DNA of 64,000 nucleotides from Candidatus Eiseniibacteriota bacterium (GTDB lineage Bacteria; Arandabacterota; Arandabacteria; Arandabacterales; Arandabacteraceae): NCBI GenBank assembly GCA_043810925.1, contig JBDRNT010000091.1, positions 18,800 to 82,799 of the forward strand, read 5' to 3'. Shown piece by piece: positions 59,150 to 64,000 of this stretch (position 1 is its first letter; each line of letters starts with the position of its first letter). The notes under the pieces were generated by a model. It saw only the letters and a program-made list of their open reading frames with translations, ran no database searches and was not told where the DNA came from. The position numbers and the translations under genes were made by a program.

Positions 59150-60502
59150 TCACTTGCCTATGCAGAAACGTGAGAAGATTTCATCCAGCACCCGTGTGCT
59201 CGCGGTGTTTCCTGTTATCACCCCGATACAGTCGAGCGCCAATCTGATGTCTGAAGCTACAAACTCAAGCGGAACACCATCCCGGAGCGAGGCTCCGGCC
59301 TGCGAGACAGCCTCCCCGGCCTCTCGTATCGAGACCGCGTGGCGCTCGCTTACGATTACCTCGAAACTCAGGTCATCAACCTGGGCATGCGCAACCTTCC
59401 TGAGTTCATCGAGCAGCCCTCCGAGGCCCCACCCTGTTAGTGCCGATATCCTCACGGCCGGGCCCAGGGGTCCGACCTCGGCCTTCTCAGGAAGGTCCGT
59501 CTTATTCGCCACGATCAGATGAGGTTTGGCCGCAACTTCTTCAACAATGTCGAGATCCTTGCTTGACAGGGGTGTACTCAGATCCAGGACGATGAGGGCG
59601 ATATCGGCCTCATCAACTGCAAGTCTTGTTCGCCTTACGGCCTCTGCTCCTACGGGGTCCGGGGCTTGCCTGACTCCGGCAGTGTCGTGAAGCCTGAGCA
59701 TAAGACCATTCACACCCACAAGGCCATCGACAACGTCCCGGGTGGTCCCCGGCGAATCGCTGACAATCACCCTGTCCTTCCCGATCAGCCTGTTAAACAG
59801 GCTTGACTTGCCGACATTGGGCTTACCGATTATGGCGACATCCAGCCCGTCTTTTATGTACCGGCCCTGTTCATAGCCTTCAAGTAGAAGTTCAAGCCGG
59901 CTGCCCACGTCCATCAGGTCCGCCAGAAGGCTCCGGCTATCAACGGGCTCGACTTCCTCGTCCACGAAATCTATATTCGCCTCTATCGCTGCCAGCCAAT
60001 CCAGGAGCCGGTGCTCGATATCATAGAACCGCTGAGACAGCTCGCCCCGAAGTTGCCTTACCGCCACAGCGAGCGCTTTCTCGCTGGTAGCATGAACGAT
60101 ATCGCTTACCGCCTCTGCCTGGGCCAGATCCATCTTACCGTTAAGGAACGCGCGCTTCGTAAACTCCCCCGGATCCGCCGCTCTTGCCCCTTCACCCAGG
60201 AACCTTCTCAAGACAAGCCGGGGGGCCATCGCACCGCCGTGGCATGTTATCTCCGCAACATCCTCACCCGTCAATGAGTGCGGTCCCCGCATGACTGTCA
60301 GGAGGACCTGATCAATCGGGAGGCCATCCCCCGAGACAACCTCACCAAGGAGGGCCGTGCGGTCCCGCGCCTGTGATGGCACCTGTTTTCCCTTAAAGAC
60401 CCTGTCACAGATCCCTAAGGTCGCGGGCCCACTCATCCTTATTATGCCCAGGGCGCCGATTCCGGGTGGCGATGCGAGTGCAACGATAGTGTCGTCGCTC
60501 AA
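59150..60502 (-). CDS. mnmE: tRNA modification GTPase MnmE (TrmE)
   Basis: 450 aa; G1 GKPNVGKSS, G3 DTAG, C-terminal CIGK. Confidence 0.95.
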   Translation of the reverse strand: MSDDTIVALASPPGIGALGIIRMSGPATLGICDRVFKGKQVPSQARDRTALLGEVVSGDGLPIDQVLLTVMRGPHSLTGEDVAEITCHGGAMAPRLVLRRFLGEGARAADPGEFTKRAFLNGKMDLAQAEAVSDIVHATSEKALAVAVRQLRGELSQRFYDIEHRLLDWLAAIEANIDFVDEEVEPVDSRSLLADLMDVGSRLELLLEGYEQGRYIKDGLDVAIIGKPNVGKSSLFNRLIGKDRVIVSDSPGTTRDVVDGLVGVNGLMLRLHDTAGVRQAPDPVGAEAVRRTRLAVDEADIALIVLDLSTPLSSKDLDIVEEVAAKPHLIVANKTDLPEKAEVGPLGPAVRISALTGWGLGGLLDELRKVAHAQVDDLSFEVIVSERHAVSIREAGEAVSQAGASLRDGVPLEFVASDIRLALDCIGVITGNTASTRVLDEIFSRFCIGK

Positions 60503-61197
60503 TCTTGTCTCTCCCTCGGCATCCTGTTTTCGCTGTTGCGCCGTTGTGGAGCAATCACGACGGTCTTAAGCTCCCCGTCACCAATTGTGTATGTCTTTAT
60601 CTGGCTGTCGCCGGCAAGTGTTACGTGTATTATTCTTCGCTCCGCAGCCGACAGTGGTTCAACCTGCATCTCCTTACTGCTGGCCTTGACACGTGAAGCC
60701 ATTGATATCGCCTTACTTCTCAGGGTGGAGGCCCGGCGCTCTTTGTAACCGCCGACATCTACGTCCAGCCGCACGCTTCGCTTGAGTTGCTTGCCCGCCA
60801 TTCTTCTCAAGAGATGCTCAAGCGCAATAAGGTTCTGGCCCTTCTTGCCGATCAGGAGGCCGTCGGCGCCGGCGGTGTCTATCTGGACATTATGAATATC
60901 TTCATCGACAGTGATGTCAACCTGTGAGCTCAGCCCCATCAGGTCCAACACCCCGTTCGCCAGCTCTTTGATCTTGGCAGCGACACCAGTCGTATCGTCT
61001 TTCCGGCGAATAACGACCTTTGCCTGCCTTACGCCGACCAGGCCCAGCACGCCTCTCGTCCCCTCCTCAAGCACATCGACCTCAACCTGATCCCTTGTAA
61101 GTCCGAGCCGCTCGAGGCCCTTTTCAATCGCCTCGTCGACATTCTTGCCCTCATCAACTACCTGTTGTGCATTCATATCCCGGTCTTGCATGATCAT
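60499..61197 (-). CDS. jag: Jag/KhpB-like RNA-binding protein (KH + R3H)
   Basis: 232 aa; conserved position between yidC and mnmE; KH-like and R3H region (AAERRIIHVTL). Confidence 0.8.
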   Translation of the reverse strand: MIMQDRDMNAQQVVDEGKNVDEAIEKGLERLGLTRDQVEVDVLEEGTRGVLGLVGVRQAKVVIRRKDDTTGVAAKIKELANGVLDLMGLSSQVDITVDEDIHNVQIDTAGADGLLIGKKGQNLIALEHLLRRMAGKQLKRSVRLDVDVGGYKERRASTLRSKAISMASRVKASSKEMQVEPLSAAERRIIHVTLAGDSQIKTYTIGDGELKTVVIAPQRRNSENRMPRERQD

Positions 61198-62855
61198 CCT
61201 CCGGTGGTTGCGACCTGCTGTGTCCGTTCTCCCCGCGCCATCAGATACTGATGAGCGATAGTGAGAACGTTGTTAACAAGCCAATACAGTACGAGACCCG
61301 ATGGGAATCTGAAGAACATCACGGTGAAGACTATGGGTAGCATATAGGTCATCGCCGCCTGCTTGGGATCAGTTGCCGACATCTTCTGCTGAAGGAACAT
61401 GGCAATCCCCATCAGAATCGGCAGCAGGCTGAGTGCGTTACCTATGAAAGGCAGTGAAAACGGCAACCTCGCCAGAACATCAGGTGCCGAAAGATCGTTT
61501 ATCCACAGCACAAACGGCGCCCGGCGCAGTTCGATAGTCAGTCTCAGCACATTAAAGAGCGAGATGAAAACCGGCATTTGCAGAAGCAGCGGCAGACAAC
61601 CACCAACCGGATTGACGCCCCGCTCTTTATATAGCCCCATCATGGCCTTGTTGAGACGCTGGGGTTCGTTCTTGTACTTCTCCTTCATGGCCGCCATTTC
61701 GGGCTGAATGCGCTGCATTTCACGCATAGACTTGAAACTCTTCTGGGTAAGCGGCCAGAACAAGAGCTTGGTCAGCGCCGACAATATGATGATTACAACA
61801 CCGTAGTTGGGTATCGCCCTGTGGCAGAGCAGCATGAATGCGAATATCAGCCGGCTCAAAGGCCTTATCCATTTCCAACCGAAATCGACGGCTCTGTCAA
61901 GCCCAAGATCGAGCTTCTTCAGACCCTCGTAGTCCAGCGGCCCTACGTACACAACGAACCGCTGGGCCGCCGATGCCGGCATATCCACCTCGACCACCAC
62001 CCCGATCGCTTCCTCGGAACTGGCAAAGCCCCTCGCCAGCACCCCTGTGGCATCAAGAGGAACCAGCCCCGCCAGGAAATACTTGGTCTTCACACCCGTC
62101 CAGGTGACATTGCCGCCTACGGCTATCTCGTCACGTTTCTTGAAGTTCGCCAGACTGTTCTTGACCACCTTGTCATCGGCAAGCGTGATGGCGGCGAAGT
62201 TGCCCAAATCGTCCTTGTGGTTGGCCTCCGTCGACATAAGCCCCGATTGCCAGCCGAACTCCACGGCCCGCATTCCTTCACTGCCGGCTCCCGACACACC
62301 GATTTCGACATCTATCGCATAGGTGTCCCCATTGAACGTACACGTCTTCCCGACCCTGAGCCCGTCTTCTGTCTCTAAAGAGAAGACGAGACTCGCCTCA
62401 TGACCGGTTGCGACGTCAAGATAGTCCGCAGATACAGCAAACGGTGTCTGCGACAGATCGATGCGTTCACCGGTCCCGGTCAGCAGTGCGACTCCAAGCG
62501 GCAGCCTGCCGGCTTGCGGCACCAGCTCCACCGGCTCTTCAGTGCTTGAAAGGTAACCGTTGAGTCTGAAGCTGGTAAGCACCCCGCCTGTGCTTGAGAA
62601 TCTTGCCGTGTAAAGAGGGGTCGTGACCTCAACTTCGCGTGCAGGCGCGGTATCCGCGGGTAGACTTATCTCCAGAGACTCTGCGCCGGCCGCCGGTTCA
62701 TCCACCACCCGCCCGGGAACCTGCTCAGCGTCTGCCGTCTCCGGTGACCCGGCCGGCGGCTCAGTCGGTGGTTTGCGCTTAGGGGTCAGAAACACGTTGT
62801 AAATAATCAAAACCATGAACATCATGACTACCGCAATTAGCGCCCGCTTTTCCAT
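61194..62855 (-). CDS. yidC: Membrane protein insertase YidC
   Basis: 553 aa; N-terminal TM, large periplasmic domain, C-terminal 5-TM 60-kDa IMP core. Confidence 0.9.
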   Translation of the reverse strand: MEKRALIAVVMMFMVLIIYNVFLTPKRKPPTEPPAGSPETADAEQVPGRVVDEPAAGAESLEISLPADTAPAREVEVTTPLYTARFSSTGGVLTSFRLNGYLSSTEEPVELVPQAGRLPLGVALLTGTGERIDLSQTPFAVSADYLDVATGHEASLVFSLETEDGLRVGKTCTFNGDTYAIDVEIGVSGAGSEGMRAVEFGWQSGLMSTEANHKDDLGNFAAITLADDKVVKNSLANFKKRDEIAVGGNVTWTGVKTKYFLAGLVPLDATGVLARGFASSEEAIGVVVEVDMPASAAQRFVVYVGPLDYEGLKKLDLGLDRAVDFGWKWIRPLSRLIFAFMLLCHRAIPNYGVVIIILSALTKLLFWPLTQKSFKSMREMQRIQPEMAAMKEKYKNEPQRLNKAMMGLYKERGVNPVGGCLPLLLQMPVFISLFNVLRLTIELRRAPFVLWINDLSAPDVLARLPFSLPFIGNALSLLPILMGIAMFLQQKMSATDPKQAAMTYMLPIVFTVMFFRFPSGLVLYWLVNNVLTIAHQYLMARGERTQQVATTGG

Positions 62856-62865
62856 GCTTTATCTC

Positions 62866-63120
62866 CTAGGGGACCGGATCGAGTCCACTTCCGCCCAACG
62901 GATGACATCGTAGGACTCTTCGTATTGCGAGGATGGTTCCCCTCACGACACCATGTCTTTTGAGTGCTTCAAGCGCATAATCAGAACACGTCGGCCCGAA
63001 CCGGCATGCCCTTGGAAGCACAGGTGATAATGCTATCTGGTAGATACCTATCGCGCCGGCCGCAACAGCGACCAGGCCTTGCTCGACTCTACCAATTACT
63101 GCCTCGTGACGAGACCGCAT
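62866..63120 (-). CDS. yidD: Membrane protein insertion efficiency factor YidD
   Basis: 84 aa; YQxxxSP...CRFxPTCSxYA...HG...G motif. Confidence 0.85.
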   Translation of the reverse strand: MRSRHEAVIGRVEQGLVAVAAGAIGIYQIALSPVLPRACRFGPTCSDYALEALKRHGVVRGTILAIRRVLRCHPLGGSGLDPVP

Positions 63121-63458
63121 TTGTCAAACAGCCCTTTCATTTCGCTTTCGATCCGGCATTTATGGGCCTCGGCGGCACCGCGACGGGCGACAAATACGAT
63201 GTTGAAACCCTGAGGTTCAAGCCGGGGTTTGAGGCCCCTGTATGCCTCCTTGAGAAGCCGCCTGGCCCTGTTGCGGTCGCACGCGCCACCCACACCCTTA
63301 CCCGCGATAAAACCCGCCTTGCGTTCGAGATCCTTACCCGAGAGGAAATAAGCTTTGAAGGTTTCTGCCCAGATCAGTCTGCCGTTGCGAATAACCGTTT
63401 TGTATTCATACTCCTCTGTTATTCTCTCATCCCTCCGCAGTCGCTGATCACACGGCAA
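63096..63458 (-). CDS. rnpA: RNase P protein component RnpA
   Basis: ORF 63096..63506 overlaps rpmH; TTG at 63458 with GGGGGAG SD gives 120 aa (typical RnpA size); basic RNR-like motif region. Start uncertain. Confidence 0.7.
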   Translation of the reverse strand: MPCDQRLRRDERITEEYEYKTVIRNGRLIWAETFKAYFLSGKDLERKAGFIAGKGVGGACDRNRARRLLKEAYRGLKPRLEPQGFNIVFVARRGAAEAHKCRIESEMKGLFDKCGLVTRQ

Positions 63459-63582
63459 GCTTCTTTCTCCCCCGCTTCCTGCGCCGTTTGAGCACTTCCT
63501 GGCCACCCGTGGTGCTTGAGCGCTTTCTGAAGCCGTGTGTCTTCTTTCGCTTCCGATTGTGCGGTTGGTAGGTTTTTTTCAA
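63448..63582 (-). CDS. rpmH: 50S ribosomal protein L34
   Basis: 44-aa [47 protein letters not shown] start at 63582 with GGAGG SD 8 nt upstream; the ORF-track's longer 70-aa version is an upstream extension. Confidence 0.85.
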   Translation of the reverse strand: MKKTYQPHNRKRKKTHGFRKRSSTTGGQEVLKRRRKRGRKKLAV

Positions 63583-63781
63583 GGTGATACCCTCCTCATT
63601 TATTTTTCGACTTGAGGGATTGTAAGTCCTAACCGCCTTAACTGTCAAGTGATTTTGCACTGCAAGTCCCGCATTTTAGCGATTCTCGGCATGTCTGTTC
63701 AAAAAGAGCTTGCCACATCGCCTTCTGAAGTGCTAACATCTCTTCCGCACTTCAGAGGGCATGAGAGGGCATGCCGGATTA

Positions 63782-63790
63782 TGTGGATAA
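63782..63790. promoter_or_regulatory. DnaA box (TGTGGATAA, perfect)
   Basis: Exact 9-mer consensus (reverse complement TTATCCACA) in the non-coding region after rpmH. Confidence 0.7.
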
Positions 63791-63874
63791 GTCAGCGAAG
63801 AAAACGCCTACACCGGATCGTGAATAATGACCTGAACTCCGTATCCTCAGGCTTATACCCATCCGCATCCTGTT

Positions 63875-63883
63875 TGTGGATAA
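63875..63883. promoter_or_regulatory. DnaA box (TGTGGATAA, perfect)
   Basis: Second exact 9-mer, 93 bp from the first, same orientation; a 1-mismatch box TGTGGACAA at 63955-63963. Confidence 0.7.
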
Positions 63884-64000
63884 CCTTGATCGGACAGATA
63901 TTGTATGCTGTCTTATCTACTTATACATCAGTGGGTTACGTTGTTATCAACCGTTGTGGACAACCTGGGGGTTACATAACTCATTAGCCTGGCACCGTTA

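Larger units (their letters stand above)
63600..64000. other. Candidate oriC / dnaA upstream region
   Basis: Non-coding, follows rnpA-rpmH, contains 2 perfect + >=1 degenerate DnaA boxes; parAB, parS and gidAB-type genes nearby. Confidence 0.55.

Noticed and set aside
63448..63660. 70-aa version of rpmH
   Set aside because: L34 is ~44-46 aa; conserved sequence begins at the TTG (63582) that has a GGAGG SD; upstream 26 codons are 5'-UTR read-through

Overview
High-GC (~58-60%) bacterial chromosomal window. T9SS-type C-terminal sorting domains, Bat/MoxR genes and an A/V-type ATPase operon point to an uncultivated FCB-superphylum organism (low-confidence guess).

The right end is the replication-origin neighbourhood. 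parB-parA-rsmG-mnmG-mnmE-jag-yidC-yidD-rnpA-rpmH all sit on the minus strand. A perfect 16-bp parS lies between mnmG and mnmE, and two perfect DnaA boxes follow rpmH, so dnaA is presumably just beyond the window.

Other housekeeping:
- complete 9-gene A/V-type ATPase operon (H-I-K-E-C-F-A-B-D)
- mfd
- two surA-like genes plus pdxA
- ftsE-ftsX-envC
- ricT-metG-tatD
- lipoprotein GH13 amylase
- bactofilin and M23 peptidase next to parAB

Unusual content worth a second look:
1. A minus-strand six-gene operon, moxR - DUF58 - dsrC (both Cys) - NarI/DsrM-like membrane protein - HdrD/DsrK-like CCG Fe-S protein - cysteine desulfurase. Its upstream region shares a ~55-bp conserved block and GACAGTT repeat arrays with the upstream region of a batA-like vWA gene 8 kb away.
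2. A tail-to-tail pair of divergent Cys-rich secreted paralogs. Together with a nearby TolB-like beta-propeller protein they end in the same 11-aa C-terminal tag, TTW[SG]x[IV]K[AS]LYR-like. This may be an unrecognised sorting or processing signal.
3. A carbamoyltransferase - SxtJ-like - DUF5989-like (52 aa, not in the ORF track) - SGNH hydrolase cluster.
4. A YfiR/DUF4154-like periplasmic protein, a hybrid HAMP histidine kinase with two receivers and an Hpt domain, and a receiver protein with a Cys/His C-terminal module.
5. A perfect 18-bp tandem duplication that creates a small MHFFIAMHFFI uORF.

No rRNA, tRNA, CRISPR, transposase or phage gene was seen.
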